Shown here piece by piece: positions 1 to 11,838 of a stretch of DNA of 64,000 bases. The first letter of the stretch is position 1; each line of letters starts with the position of its first letter. The notes under the pieces are model-generated. The model searched no databases. It saw only the letters and a program-made list of their open reading frames with translations, and was not told the DNA's origin. This DNA comes from Oscillospiraceae bacterium (GTDB lineage: Bacteria; Bacillota; Clostridia; Oscillospirales; Ruminococcaceae): the NCBI GenBank assembly GCA_022800935.1, contig JAAWRH010000020.1:507-64506 (forward strand). Direction: 5' to 3'. The translations under genes and the position numbers were made by a program.

Positions 1-921
1 TTCCCTGGCCTGCTTGTACTCTCTGGCCCCCACACACTGCCCCACAACGGTAATCAGGGCAAGGCCGATGGCGGAGCCGGGAATCACCTGCATGGAGGCG
101 ATATTGCTGGCCACCGCGTTGGCGGCAATGGCAACCGTGCCAAAGGAGGCGATAAGGCTGGATACCAAAACCTTACCAATCTGGAACATACTGTTCTCCA
201 GACCGTTGGGGATGCCGATGCGCAGGATATTTTTCACCATTTTCCAGTTGACCCGGAGGGGAAAAAGGTGATGGACATGGACCGGATTGTGGGGATTGAC
301 AATCATGACAAACATGAACACACTGGCGCAGATGCGGGAAATCAGGGTGGCAAGGGCAGCCCCCAGCACCCCCAGTCCAAAGCCGTAGATGAGCAGCGCG
401 TTGCCGCTGATGTTGATGAGGTTCATCACCAGGGAGGTATAAAGGGAGAGCTTGGAGTTCCCCATGGAGCGGAACAGGGCCGCGCCTGCGTTGTACAGCG
501 CCAAAAACGGATAGGAAAAGGCGGAAATCATAAAATAAATGAGGGCGTTGTCCATCACCTCCGGCTCAATGGCGCCGAAGATGGCCCGCAGAATCAGCGG
601 GCGGAACAGCAACGCCGCGGCGGATATCACCGCAGAAACGGCAATCACCGCTATTACAAGCTGGTTGGCCGATTCGCAGCCCTGCTCCGTATCCCCCTTG
701 CCGATGTACTGGGCCGTCACCACCGCCCCGCCGGAGGCAAGGGCGGAAAAGATGTTAATCAAAAGAATGTTGATGCTGTCCACCAGGGAGATTCCCGAAA
801 CGGCGGCTTCCCCGCAGCTGGCCACCATGATGGTGTCCACCATGCCGATGGTGACGTTGAGCAGCTGTTCAAATATCAGGGGAACGATCAGTTTTGCAAG
901 ACTTTTGCGTGTGAATAACAT
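1..921 (-). CDS. MATE family efflux transporter (N-terminal ~307 aa; rest lies beyond window start)
   Basis: Absent from the ORF track because there is no stop in the window. My minus-strand translation from the ATG (complement of 919-921) reads MLFTRKSLAKLIVPLIFEQLLNVTIGMVDTIMVASCGEAAVSGISLV...TAQYIGKGD...FSYPFLALYNAGAALFRSMGNSK...IGIPNGLENSMFQ and stays open to position 1. The + strand ORFs 268..918 and 539..1171 are antisense shadows. Confidence 0.85.
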   Translation of the reverse strand, partial: MLFTRKSLAKLIVPLIFEQLLNVTIGMVDTIMVASCGEAAVSGISLVDSINILLINIFSALASGGAVVTAQYIGKGDTEQGCESANQLVIAVIAVSAVISAAALLFRPLILRAIFGAIEPEVMDNALIYFMISAFSYPFLALYNAGAALFRSMGNSKLSLYTSLVMNLINISGNALLIYGFGLGVLGAALATLISRICASVFMFVMIVNPHNPVHVHHLFPLRVNWKMVKNILRIGIPNGLENSMFQIGKVLVSSLIASFGTVAIAANAVASNIASMQVIPGSAIGLALITVVGQCVGAREYKQARE

Positions 922-1061
922 AATTAACTCCTCTATTCAACAAAGAAAACAACAAAAACCACAAAAACCTCTGCGATGGGGAAGCTCCCTAAAGTGGCCG
1001 CCATACTTCCGGCCGGGGAAGGGTTCTCCTGCGGCCGTCGTATGGCGGAATATAGGATATG

Positions 1062-2837
1062 CTACATTTCCCGTATCTGGCTGGTGTATAAGCGGTAATA
1101 CTCGCCCTTTTTGGCCATCAGCTCCTGGTGGTTGCCCTGTTCCACAATTCTGCCGTCCGCGATGTACATGATAATGTCGCAGCTCTTGATGGTGGAAAGG
1201 CGGTGGGCAATGATGAAGGAGGTGCGGCCCTTCAAAAGCTCGTTGATGCCCTGCTGCACCAGCTGCTCGGTTTTGGCGTCAATGGCGGAGGTCGCCTCGT
1301 CCAGCACCAGCACCTTGGGGTCGGAGATAAGGGTTCTGGCAAAGCTGAGAAGCTGACGCTGGCCCTGGGAGAGGCTGCTGCCCCGCTCCCGCACCTCGGT
1401 CTGGTAGCCGTTGGCGCTGTGGACAATAAAGTCATGGGCGGAAACCGTCTTGCAGGCGGCCTCAATCTCCTCCTGGGTGGCGTCCAGCTTGCCGTACCGG
1501 ACGTTATCCGCAATGGTGCCGGAGAAGATAAAGGTATCCTGGAGCATAATTCCCATCTGACTGCGCAGGGAGTGGAGAGTCACCTTGGAAATATCCTGGC
1601 CATCGATAAGCACCTGCCCGCTCTTCAGGTTGTAAAAGCGGGAGATAAGGTTAACGATGGTGGTCTTGCCCGCGCCCGTGGGGCCGACGATGGCCACGCT
1701 CTGTCCGGCCTTTACCTGGAAGCTAAGGCCCTTCAGAACATCGGGGGAATCCTTTTCATAGGCGAACACCACATCCTTAAATTCCACATCGCCCTTGATT
1801 TTCGGCATTTCCACGGCATCGGGGACGTCGTGGATTTCCACCGGCTCATCCATGGTCTCAAAGATGCGCTCCAGATAAGCGATGGTGTTGAGGAAGTTGT
1901 TGTAGATATTGGACAGGTTGGTGATGGGCTGCCAGAACCGGGAGGAATACCGGCTCATGGCCCACAGGATGCCGAAGGTGATGGAGTTGGAGTACACCAG
2001 CACCCCCACCACGCAGACAAGGGCCAGCACGATGGTGGAGATGTTGTCCACCGATACCCATACCAGGTTGGAGATAGCCGCCGCTCGGACCCAGGAGGCA
2101 CGGGAGCCCTCGCACAGGCGGGTAAAAATCCCCTGGTTGACCTCCTCACGGTTGAAAATCTGCGTCACCTTCATGCCGGTGATGGTCTCCTGCAAATAGG
2201 CGTTGAGGTTGGAGTTTTTATTGGAAACAGTCTGCCAGGCCCTCCGCTGTCTCGGCTTGATGGAGAAGATAATCACCGCCAGAACCGGCAGCCCCGATAC
2301 AATAATCAGCGCAAGCCCCGCATGCATGGCAAACATAAAGCAGGCGATAAAAATCAGGTTGAGCAGATCGAGAATAAAGTTGATAATGCCGTTGGACAGC
2401 ATATCGGACACATTATTGACATACTGCACCACCCGCACCAGTATTTTGCCGTGGGGGCGGTTGTCGTAATAGGAAAAGGGAAGCTGCTGGAGCTTCAGGA
2501 ACAGGTCTGTGCGTATTTCGTAGATAATCCCCTGCCCCACCTTGGTCATAATTCTGGAGCGGATGGTGGTCATAAAGGTCTGCCCAGCCAGGGCAAGCAT
2601 GACCAGCACCGCAAAAAAGATAACGCCGCGCACATTTTTTTCAGGGACAAATACGTCCATAATCTGCTGGGTGAGCATGGGGGTGAGCAGGGATAACAGA
2701 ATGCCTATGGTATTTATCAGAAACGCAAAAATCATTTTGCCGGAGTAGTGTTTGATATAGACTCCGCTGCGCTTCAAATGCTGGAAACTGAACGGCGTTT
2801 CCAGGCGTTCGTCAACGTCGTATTTATTCCGGGCCAT
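1062..2837 (-). CDS. ABC exporter, fused permease/ATPase (type I, multidrug/lipid-like), subunit 2 of a pair
   Basis: N-terminal 6-TM region. Walker A GPTGAGKTT, signature LSQGQRQ, Walker B LVLDEATSAID, H-loop IIAHRL. Start moved to MARNKYD (ATG at 2837), which has a purine-rich RBS. Confidence 0.9.
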   Translation of the reverse strand: MARNKYDVDERLETPFSFQHLKRSGVYIKHYSGKMIFAFLINTIGILLSLLTPMLTQQIMDVFVPEKNVRGVIFFAVLVMLALAGQTFMTTIRSRIMTKVGQGIIYEIRTDLFLKLQQLPFSYYDNRPHGKILVRVVQYVNNVSDMLSNGIINFILDLLNLIFIACFMFAMHAGLALIIVSGLPVLAVIIFSIKPRQRRAWQTVSNKNSNLNAYLQETITGMKVTQIFNREEVNQGIFTRLCEGSRASWVRAAAISNLVWVSVDNISTIVLALVCVVGVLVYSNSITFGILWAMSRYSSRFWQPITNLSNIYNNFLNTIAYLERIFETMDEPVEIHDVPDAVEMPKIKGDVEFKDVVFAYEKDSPDVLKGLSFQVKAGQSVAIVGPTGAGKTTIVNLISRFYNLKSGQVLIDGQDISKVTLHSLRSQMGIMLQDTFIFSGTIADNVRYGKLDATQEEIEAACKTVSAHDFIVHSANGYQTEVRERGSSLSQGQRQLLSFARTLISDPKVLVLDEATSAIDAKTEQLVQQGINELLKGRTSFIIAHRLSTIKSCDIIMYIADGRIVEQGNHQELMAKKGEYYRLYTSQIREM

Positions 2838-2914
2838 TTTTTCCCTTCCTTTCCTTCCGCGTATGGAACTGTTCAAAATTTAGGAATCATGCTGTTTTCA
2901 GTTCCCACCAGCTG

Positions 2915-4699
2915 TCAGATGACTCCGGCCTCTTTCAGGTCCTGTACATCCATGCCGCTGTTTTGGATATTGAAGATTTCCCGGTAATATCCGTCCCGCT
3001 TGAGCAGTTCGGAGTGGACCCCCATCTCGACAATCTGTCCCTTTTCCAGGATGATAATCTTGTCCGCGCCCTTCACCGAGGAGATGCGCTGGCCGACAAT
3101 AATCTTGGTGCAGGGGAAGTCCAGATTGTCCAGCTGGCCCTGTATGTATTTTTCGGTTTCCATATCCACCGCCGAGGTGGTGTCGTCCAGAATCAGAATA
3201 GAGGGACGGACCGCCAGGGCGCGGGCCAGGGCGATTCTCTGCTTCTGTCCGCCGGACAGACCGACACCCCGCTCCCCGATGATGGTATCGTATCCCTCGG
3301 TCATGTGCTGGATAAACTCGTCCGCGTCGGCCATCACCGCGTACTTATGTACGTCCTCGTTGCTCATCTCCGGATCGCCGTAGCAGACATTGCCCTCCGC
3401 CGTATCCGAGAAGAGGAACACATCCTGGGTAGCCATGCCGATGCCCTTTCGCAGGGTTTTCAGGTCCCAGTCCCGCACATCCACGCCGTCCACCTTGACC
3501 GAGCCGCTGGTGGGGTCATAAAAGCGGAGAATCATATTCATGATAGTGGTCTTTCCGCTGCCTGGCGTACCCATAAAGGCCGCTGTCTCCCCCGCCTTGA
3601 TTTCAAAGGAAACATCGTCCAGCACCACATTTTTTCCGAATTTGAAGGTGACATGATCGAAGACGATGTCGCCCTTCACCTTCTCCGGCTTGTAGGCGGT
3701 ATCCTTGGTGTGAATGGTAGGGGTTTGATAATAAACCTCAATCACCTTGTTGGCGGAGGCAAAAAAGCGCTGGGTGTCGTTTAAAAGCATCCCCATCTGG
3801 CGAATAGGCTGGGCAACAGCCCAGGTCAGGCTGGAAAGGGCCATCAGCTCGCCGGCTGTCAGCCGCCCATAGATGATAAACAAGCCGCCCACCAGCACCT
3901 CAACCACCGTCAGCATATTGGCCGCCATCTCCATGACGGGAAAAAATTTCATCCAATAAAGGTTTACAGAGATGTTGGTGTCCTTATATGCCTTGTTCCT
4001 CTCGCCGAATTTTTCGATTTCGTAGTCTTCACGGGCAAAGGCCTTGATCACCCGGTTGCCGGAAATATTCTCCTGGGCGGCGGTGTTCAGCTCGGTCAGC
4101 CGTTCCCGCAGTCCCCGGTACATGGGCTTTATCTTTTTGGAGTAAAAGGCGGACACCACATAAATAACCGGTGTAACCGCCAGAATGCACAGGGTAAAAA
4201 TCCAGTCGGTGGCAAAAAAGAAAATCAGCGCCGCCACAAACAGGACCAGTGAGTTCAACAGCTGGCGGGAAATCCCCGCAATGGAATGGCGGACCATGTC
4301 CAGGTCACCGGTCATACGGGTCATCAAATCGCCGGTCCGGTTGCGGTCGAAAAACTCCATTTCATTATATTGGAGGTTTTCATACAGCTTCAGACGGATG
4401 TTCTTTACCGTCTGCTGGGACACCTTCTCGAAAATCATGACCATAATATAGCCCATAAAAGAACGTAAGATGGTCACAATACAGGTTGACGCCGCAAGCG
4501 GAATCAGAAGCTCTGTCCGCCGCACAACCTCGCCTGTAACAGGGTCGGAAACGCCTACCACTACATAGTCAATGATGCCTTGGATCAGTTTGGGGTTGAT
4601 CAGCGCCATTGCTGGATAAATAATCTGGAGGATGACACCGATAACAAATTTCTTCTTCTGATCCCCCATGTTGTGCCAGACCCATTGGAACTGGAACAT
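2915..4699 (-). CDS. ABC exporter, fused permease/ATPase, subunit 1 of a pair
   Basis: Walker A GTPGSGKTT, signature LSGGQKQR, Walker B ILILDDTTSAVD. RBS GAGGAGGGA lies upstream of the ATG at 4699. Adjacent and co-directional with 1062..2837, so likely a heterodimeric exporter. Confidence 0.9.
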   Translation of the reverse strand: MFQFQWVWHNMGDQKKKFVIGVILQIIYPAMALINPKLIQGIIDYVVVGVSDPVTGEVVRRTELLIPLAASTCIVTILRSFMGYIMVMIFEKVSQQTVKNIRLKLYENLQYNEMEFFDRNRTGDLMTRMTGDLDMVRHSIAGISRQLLNSLVLFVAALIFFFATDWIFTLCILAVTPVIYVVSAFYSKKIKPMYRGLRERLTELNTAAQENISGNRVIKAFAREDYEIEKFGERNKAYKDTNISVNLYWMKFFPVMEMAANMLTVVEVLVGGLFIIYGRLTAGELMALSSLTWAVAQPIRQMGMLLNDTQRFFASANKVIEVYYQTPTIHTKDTAYKPEKVKGDIVFDHVTFKFGKNVVLDDVSFEIKAGETAAFMGTPGSGKTTIMNMILRFYDPTSGSVKVDGVDVRDWDLKTLRKGIGMATQDVFLFSDTAEGNVCYGDPEMSNEDVHKYAVMADADEFIQHMTEGYDTIIGERGVGLSGGQKQRIALARALAVRPSILILDDTTSAVDMETEKYIQGQLDNLDFPCTKIIVGQRISSVKGADKIIILEKGQIVEMGVHSELLKRDGYYREIFNIQNSGMDVQDLKEAGVI

Positions 4700-5028
4700 T
4701 CAGATTCCCTCCTCTCTTTCACCTTCAACGCCGCACAGTTTCTCTTTCTTTTTTTGCACGGACAACGCCTCCTGACTTGGGCAGGACGCCCTTTGTTCTG
4801 TTTCGGCTGCACGGACAATGGCATCTCTGTCCGGAACAGCTCCACACACACGGTATCATATACGAAAGCGGCGGCAAAATCAACCTGTTACACCCTATTA
4901 ACAACATTTTTATAAACTATTCATACGAGATTGAAACTTTTTTCATTGATACGCCAGTTTGTATCCGTCAACAAATTTTTTTCCTTTTCCATGTAAGAAT
5001 TCACATACTTTTTATGGGAAAACCCCTG

Positions 5029-5055
5029 TTGCAAAGTTTGAAAATCGTGTATAAT
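5029..5055 (+). promoter_or_regulatory. Candidate sigma70-type promoter for the MBOAT/DHHW genes
   Basis: TTGCAA (5029-5034), 15-nt spacer, TATAAT (5050-5055). The spacer is short, so this is only tentative. Confidence 0.3.
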
Positions 5056-5244
5056 GGAAGATACACGCGGTCCGCCGGAATTTGCCAGGACTTTACCGGT
5101 AAAGTACCGGGACCGCCCGGTCAAAAAAATTTGAAAAGCCGCAAAATACGCCGGTTTTTTTACCATAAAAACGATAGGATAGAATCCTGAGCCCCTGCCG
5201 CCACGCCGGTCTGTTCTGGGCAATCGAAGATAGGAGCCACGCCG

Positions 5245-6651
5245 ATGATATTTGCCAGCCTGTTTTTTCTGTATTTTTTTCTTCCTCTCAACCTGCTGCT
5301 GTACTATGTTGTTTTCCGCCGGCCCCAGTACCGAAACCTGGTGCTGATTCTCTTTTCCCTTTTTTTCTATGCCTGGGGGGAACCGGTGTGGATTATCCTG
5401 TTGATTTTCTCCTCCTGTATCGACTATCTCCACGGCAGGTTTATCCAGCGGCATAGGGGAACGCCCCTGGCAAGGCTTGGCGTCGCCTCCTCCCTGGTTC
5501 TCAACCTGGGGATACTGTTTCTGTTTAAATACAGCGGCTTTTTTGTCAGCTCCCTCAACGCCGTACTCCATCTATCCCTGCCGGTTCCCGGCTTCCGGCT
5601 GCCGGTGGGCATCTCCTTCTACACCTTCCAGACCATCTCCTATGTGGTGGACGTTTACCGGGGGGATGTGGAGGCAGAAGACTCCTATCTGGGCTATCTG
5701 ATGTATCTCTCCCTCTACTTCCAGTTGGTGGCGGGGCCCATCGTCCGCTATAAGACGGTGGCCAGCGAGATTTCCAGCCGCCGCGTCACCATGGAGGACT
5801 TCAGCGACGGCCTCACCCGCCTGGCCATTGGCCTGGCCAAAAAGGTGATGCTGGCCAACACCGCCGGGCAGATCGCCTCCCGATACCTGGACGGGGACCT
5901 GTCCGCCCTTTCGGTGGCGGGGGCCTGGTTCGGGGCGCTGCTCTACACCCTGCAAATCTACTTTGACTTTTCCGGCTACTCCGACATGGCCATCGGCCTT
6001 GGGCGGATGTTCGGCTTCCACTTTGACGAAAATTTCAACTATCCCTATCTCTCCAAAAGCGTCACCGAGTTCTGGCGGAGGTGGCACATTTCTCTGGGCA
6101 GCTTTTTCCGGGACTACCTCTATATTCCCTTGGGGGGGAACCGCAGGCACTGGTTTGGGAACCTGTTCATTGTGTGGTTCTGTACCGGGCTGTGGCACGG
6201 GGCAAGCTGGAATTTCGTGTTCTGGGGATTGTTTTATGGGCTGCTGATTATTCTGGAAAAGGCGTTTCTGGGCCGGATACTGGAAAAGCTCCCCGCCCTT
6301 TTCTCCCATCTCTATTTGATTGCGGTGGTTATCTTCGGCTGGGTGCTGTTCTATTTTACCGACATCTCCCGGCTGCTTGCATATCTTCGGACCATGGTTG
6401 GTCTCACCGGGGCCCCGCTGTGGGATCTGGGCCTTCAGGTAAACTTCAGCAACAACATCTTCTGGCTGATTGCCGCGGTAGCAGGATGCTTTCCGATTCT
6501 TCCGGCCCTCTCCCGGTGGATGTCCAAACGGCGGGGCCTTGATACCCTGCGGTATTTTGGGAGGCTTGTATTTACACCGGCGATGCTGCTGGTTTCCACG
6601 GCGATGCTGGTAGGGCAGAGCTATAATCCGTTCCTGTACTACCGGTTCTGA
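5245..6651 (+). CDS. MBOAT family O-acyltransferase (AlgI/DltB-like)
   Basis: Multi-TM 468-aa protein with the hallmark region FWRRWHISLGSFFRDYLYIPLGGNR...GLWHGASWNF. AGGAG RBS lies before the ATG. Confidence 0.9.
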   Translation: MIFASLFFLYFFLPLNLLLYYVVFRRPQYRNLVLILFSLFFYAWGEPVWIILLIFSSCIDYLHGRFIQRHRGTPLARLGVASSLVLNLGILFLFKYSGFFVSSLNAVLHLSLPVPGFRLPVGISFYTFQTISYVVDVYRGDVEAEDSYLGYLMYLSLYFQLVAGPIVRYKTVASEISSRRVTMEDFSDGLTRLAIGLAKKVMLANTAGQIASRYLDGDLSALSVAGAWFGALLYTLQIYFDFSGYSDMAIGLGRMFGFHFDENFNYPYLSKSVTEFWRRWHISLGSFFRDYLYIPLGGNRRHWFGNLFIVWFCTGLWHGASWNFVFWGLFYGLLIILEKAFLGRILEKLPALFSHLYLIAVVIFGWVLFYFTDISRLLAYLRTMVGLTGAPLWDLGLQVNFSNNIFWLIAAVAGCFPILPALSRWMSKRRGLDTLRYFGRLVFTPAMLLVSTAMLVGQSYNPFLYYRF

Positions 6652-6747
6652 ACGTTTAACATTTGTTAAACGGCCAATAATAGGAAAAATACAGAGCGGC
6701 CCTGAGCCGTTCAAACCTTTTTGATTTTCCAAAGGAGCTTTTTATCC

Positions 6748-8439
6748 ATGAACGAATCTATCGGTAAACGCGTTTTGATTCTTCTCCACTGCGCCCTCAT
6801 CCCCTCCATTCTCTTCGTCCTTGGACTCTGCGCTATCATCCTACCCAAACCCACCTTTTCCGAATATGAACGCCGGGACCTGGAGACCTTTCCCGAATTT
6901 ACCGCCGCCTCCCTCCGCTCCGGTGCGTTTACTGCCCAGATCGACCGCTTCTACGCCGATACCTTTCCACTGCGGGAATCCTTTGTCCAGCTCAACGCCT
7001 CCCTCGCGGAAAAACGCGGCATCCAGTACAACGACATGATCCTCTACGAAACCGGGAACGGTACTCTGGGTGATAACGGTCCCTCTACAACCCCTATCCA
7101 GAGCAGCGTTCCCCCATCCGCCTCCCTACAGCCCCCCCAGTCCTCGCAGCCGGTGGCGCCTGAAGGTCCCGCCGGACCGCCCGCCCCGGTTACAGATGAC
7201 AGCCCTGACGGCGATGAAACCGGCTCCAGCTCCGCCCCCGCCTCCTCCGGCCAGTCCTCTCAAGGGGAATCCTCCCAGTCCCAAAGTTCTGCGCCGCCTC
7301 CTTCCTCATCCGCGTCCTCCTCTCAAACGCCCCCAGCAGCGGACGGCGGTACCGGCGCGGATATCAACGCCCCAGCCCCGGAAACCTATAATTCCATCCT
7401 CATCTATCAAAACATGGCTATGGCTCCCTTCGGCGGTACCAAGACCGCCTCGGAATACTACGCCTCTGTCCTCAACAATTACCACGAGGTATTGGGGGAT
7501 TCGGTGAAGATTTACAATCTCATCGTCCCCACCTCCATTGAATTCTATCTGCCGGATCAATATAAATCCGTCACCAATCCCCAAAAGCCGAATATCGACT
7601 ATATCTACTCCCTCCTGTCGCCGGAGATTTCCAAGGTGGACGCCTACTCCGCCATCCAGCAGCACACCGATGAATACCTCTACTTTGCCACCGACCACCA
7701 CTGGACGGCGCTGGGCGCTTATTACGCCTATATCGCTTTCGCCAAGGAAGCCGGGTTTGAGCCTAAGCCCCTTGACTCTATGGAAAAGCGCACCATCTCC
7801 CCCTTTATCGGGACCATGTACAACCAGACCCAGAGCTCCAAGCTGCTGGAAAACCCGGATTATGTGGACTACTATATCACCGATACCCAGCACCAGGCCT
7901 ACCAATTCCCCCGCAACAGCCCCTACCACGGCAATCCTGTTTCCGTATGGGCGGAGTTTGCCAAGGGCGGAAACGCCTACTCCGTCTTCCTCTACGGGGA
8001 TCAGCCCCTCACCCGCATTGACACGGAGCACAAAAACGGCAGAAAGATCATGGTCGTGAAGGAGTCCTTCGGCAACGCCTTTGCCCCATACCTGATTCCC
8101 CATTATGAGCAGGTATTTGTGGTGGATCAGCGGTATTTCCAAATCAACGGACTGAAGTTCATCCAGGACAATGGAATCAATGAAATCCTCTTTATTAACA
8201 ACATTTTCGCGGCAAACACCAGTTCCCAGATCAGGTGCATAGAGCGGATACTGACCCAGTCGGACTGGTATTTTGAAACCAGGCCCGCCTCCTCTTCCTC
8301 CGAAAGCTCCTCCCAGGAGTCCCCGGAGGGGGAGGGAAATGAGGCGGAAAAAACCGAGAAGCAAAAGGAGGACGAAAAGGATAACTCCTCCGGTACCGGT
8401 TCCTCCTCTCAAAAGGTCACGGTGAAAAAGAGGGAATAA
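6748..8439 (+). CDS. DHHW family protein (AlgX/AlgJ-like partner of MBOAT) with Pro/Ser-rich linker
   Basis: N-terminal TM anchor and the motif FATDHHWTALGAYYAY. Start set at MNESIGKR (ATG 6748) after RBS AAAGGAG. Low-complexity S/P/A tract around 7090-7380 and an acidic Ser-rich C-terminus. Confidence 0.85.
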   Translation: MNESIGKRVLILLHCALIPSILFVLGLCAIILPKPTFSEYERRDLETFPEFTAASLRSGAFTAQIDRFYADTFPLRESFVQLNASLAEKRGIQYNDMILYETGNGTLGDNGPSTTPIQSSVPPSASLQPPQSSQPVAPEGPAGPPAPVTDDSPDGDETGSSSAPASSGQSSQGESSQSQSSAPPPSSSASSSQTPPAADGGTGADINAPAPETYNSILIYQNMAMAPFGGTKTASEYYASVLNNYHEVLGDSVKIYNLIVPTSIEFYLPDQYKSVTNPQKPNIDYIYSLLSPEISKVDAYSAIQQHTDEYLYFATDHHWTALGAYYAYIAFAKEAGFEPKPLDSMEKRTISPFIGTMYNQTQSSKLLENPDYVDYYITDTQHQAYQFPRNSPYHGNPVSVWAEFAKGGNAYSVFLYGDQPLTRIDTEHKNGRKIMVVKESFGNAFAPYLIPHYEQVFVVDQRYFQINGLKFIQDNGINEILFINNIFAANTSSQIRCIERILTQSDWYFETRPASSSSESSSQESPEGEGNEAEKTEKQKEDEKDNSSGTGSSSQKVTVKKRE

Positions 8440-8460
8440 TGGGCGTGCAGACACGATAGA

Positions 8461-8510
8461 AACAGGGCGGAAAAACCTGACCGGAGGTTTTTCCGCCCTG
8501 TTTCCGTTTT
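8461..8510 (+). terminator. Rho-independent terminator
   Basis: 18-bp perfect stem AACAGGGCGGAAAAACCT / AGGTTTTTCCGCCCTGTT with a 6-nt loop, followed by a T-rich tract. Confidence 0.8.
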
Positions 8511-9401
8511 ATCACTTTTTTGTGAAAGTAAATTGTATTTTTTAAATATTTCCACACAAACTATAGAATATTTTGTGTAAAAAAAAGACAATCATACAGT
8601 AAACAGCACTTAAATCAAACATTCTGGTCAGAGTAATATCAGTTATTATCCCTCTGCTTAATCATTTTTTAGACGTAAAAAGCAAAAGCTGACTTTACAT
8701 TAATTCACATTAGAAAAATGAGTATAACATAGCATAATCATAAGAAAAGCCAGCTATCGACAAGAGATATTTCTGGAAAGAAATGTTATAAACTCATAAT
8801 CAATATGAGCACACTTCAAATATAAATTTTATATTTTTACGATAAATGACAAATAATTATCCAAACGAATAAAGAGAACTTAAGATGAAAAAGCATAATC
8901 TTGTATAACGAAAGGGGATATTGCATTAAAAAAAAATATAGTTTATAATGGAATCACCAACACTTGCATTGAATTTTCGGAGTATCATAATCAATTCTAC
9001 AGCCTATATAAGTGTTTTTTTGGGGCATTCCGGCATCCTGTATCTATGAAAAAAAGGAAAAAGAAACCTATTCGCAAAGGTCCTGTTTTTCTCGCTTACT
9101 ATTCGATAAAGATATGTGTTTTTTCGTAAAAGAGCAGTGAAAAGTAAAAAAATCCAATAAAAACATTAAAAAGCTTACGGACTTTCAATAATTTTTGTCA
9201 TTATGCTTGACTTCCTTCGCGTTTTAGGGTAATCTTAGTTTAGGGACTTTAGAGGTATGAGTTTTCAATTCCGGCACAGAATCCAGATTGGGAACCATTT
9301 TATAGAAGCTCGACAGGAGAGAGTTCATTTTTAACTCCACCCCCCAACCTTCAGGCTCCCTGTAAAATGACCTACATAATTATGAAAGGGAGACGATATT
9401 C

Positions 9402-9866
9402 ATGGCAAGACCACAGCCAAAATTTACAAATGAGCAGAAGTCGGAAATCCTGAAGGCCTTTCAAGAGGAGAAACGCGAAAAAGGATACCTGAAAATCATG
9501 GTACTCAAGTACAAAGCCCTGGACGGACTGAACAGCCGCGAGATCAGCGAAAGGACCGGGTTTCACAAGGATTACATCAACCGCATTGTCGGTCAGTACA
9601 AGCGCCAGGGACTGGACGCCGTGGTCGCCCGCTCGGTTGCCCGCAACCACGCCTACCTTTCCTTGGAGGAGGAAACAGAATTTCTGGAGTCCTTCCGCAA
9701 GCGGGCGCTGAAGGGTGAAATCCTGGACATCGTGGACATTTCCAAGGCGCTGAACGAACACGTCAACCGGGAGGTTGGGCTTTATCTGGTATACGATATG
9801 CTCAAGCGCCACAACTGGGCCTGCAACGTATACCCCCGCCGGACCAAGTACCAGAGCGCCAACTAA
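9402..9866 (+). CDS. Helix-turn-helix protein resembling the N-terminal DNA-binding part of IS630-type transposases (no DDE domain)
   Basis: 154 aa. LNSREISERTGFHKDYINRIVGQYKRQGLDAV then LSLEEETEFLESF...LVYDMLKRHNWAC matches the HTH plus winged-HTH layout of IS630-family N-termini. No catalytic domain follows. Confidence 0.55.
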   Translation: MARPQPKFTNEQKSEILKAFQEEKREKGYLKIMVLKYKALDGLNSREISERTGFHKDYINRIVGQYKRQGLDAVVARSVARNHAYLSLEEETEFLESFRKRALKGEILDIVDISKALNEHVNREVGLYLVYDMLKRHNWACNVYPRRTKYQSAN

Positions 9867-10462
9867 TCCATCCTCTGAATCCGAAAGCAATCCATTGTTC
9901 TGAATCGTGTCATCCGCGTAGAATGTACGCTAAGCTCTTTGAAACCGCCTGAATTACAGGATAAAGAAGAACACACCTTTTTTACAAATGGATTTCCCTA
10001 GATGTCTGACGTAGGATATGAACCCCGCCGTGGGTTCATACGCTGCCAGTTATTCCAGAACACGAAGGACACACAATCTGTTGCTAACCGCCCCGCAAAG
10101 GGGTCATATGGCCCGCGGCAAACCGGCACGCCCATATGCTTATGAAAACTCAAAAGCCCAAAATCCCCAAAGCCCCTTGTCCATAATCATCAAATCAGAA
10201 GCATCGCAATCCAATTTGACACTGTGAAAGGCAATCGGTCCCTCCGCCGCGCCCGGCGCGGCATGACCAGGACTGTTTCCATCAATGCTTTGTCCGCCTC
10301 TTCCGCTGCATCCGCTCCGGAAGGGCGGGCATTGTTGGTTTTATGGAAAAAAGCCTCCGTTTTTACCGAAAGTCTGTCTAAGCGGGAGTCTTTCGGGCAT
10401 CCTTATAGCAGACAATGCCCGAATCAATCATTTTTTGGGAAACCGCAAGATTAACAGTGTAA

Positions 10463-11764
<1,302 letters not shown>

Positions 11765-11769
11765 AAAAC

Positions 11770-11816
11770 TTCCGGCTTTCCCCGCGGCGGTGCGCCCGCC
11801 ATGGGGAAAGCCGGAA
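11770..11816. terminator. Hairpin between convergent eno and amidase genes
   Basis: 14-bp stem TTCCGGCTTTCCCC / GGGGAAAGCCGGAA with a 19-nt loop and a weak U-tract. Confidence 0.5.
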
Positions 11817-11838
11817 CGATTTCTGCCGTAAGGCCGTT

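Noticed and set aside
8540-8870. Replication origin (oriC-like) in the AT-rich island, suggested by DnaA-box-like 9-mers (ATTTCCACA at 8548-8556, TTATCCAAA at 8857-8865).
   Set aside because: The boxes are degenerate (7-8 of 9) and few, no dnaA, dnaN or other origin-linked genes are nearby, and such near-matches are expected by chance in AT-rich DNA.
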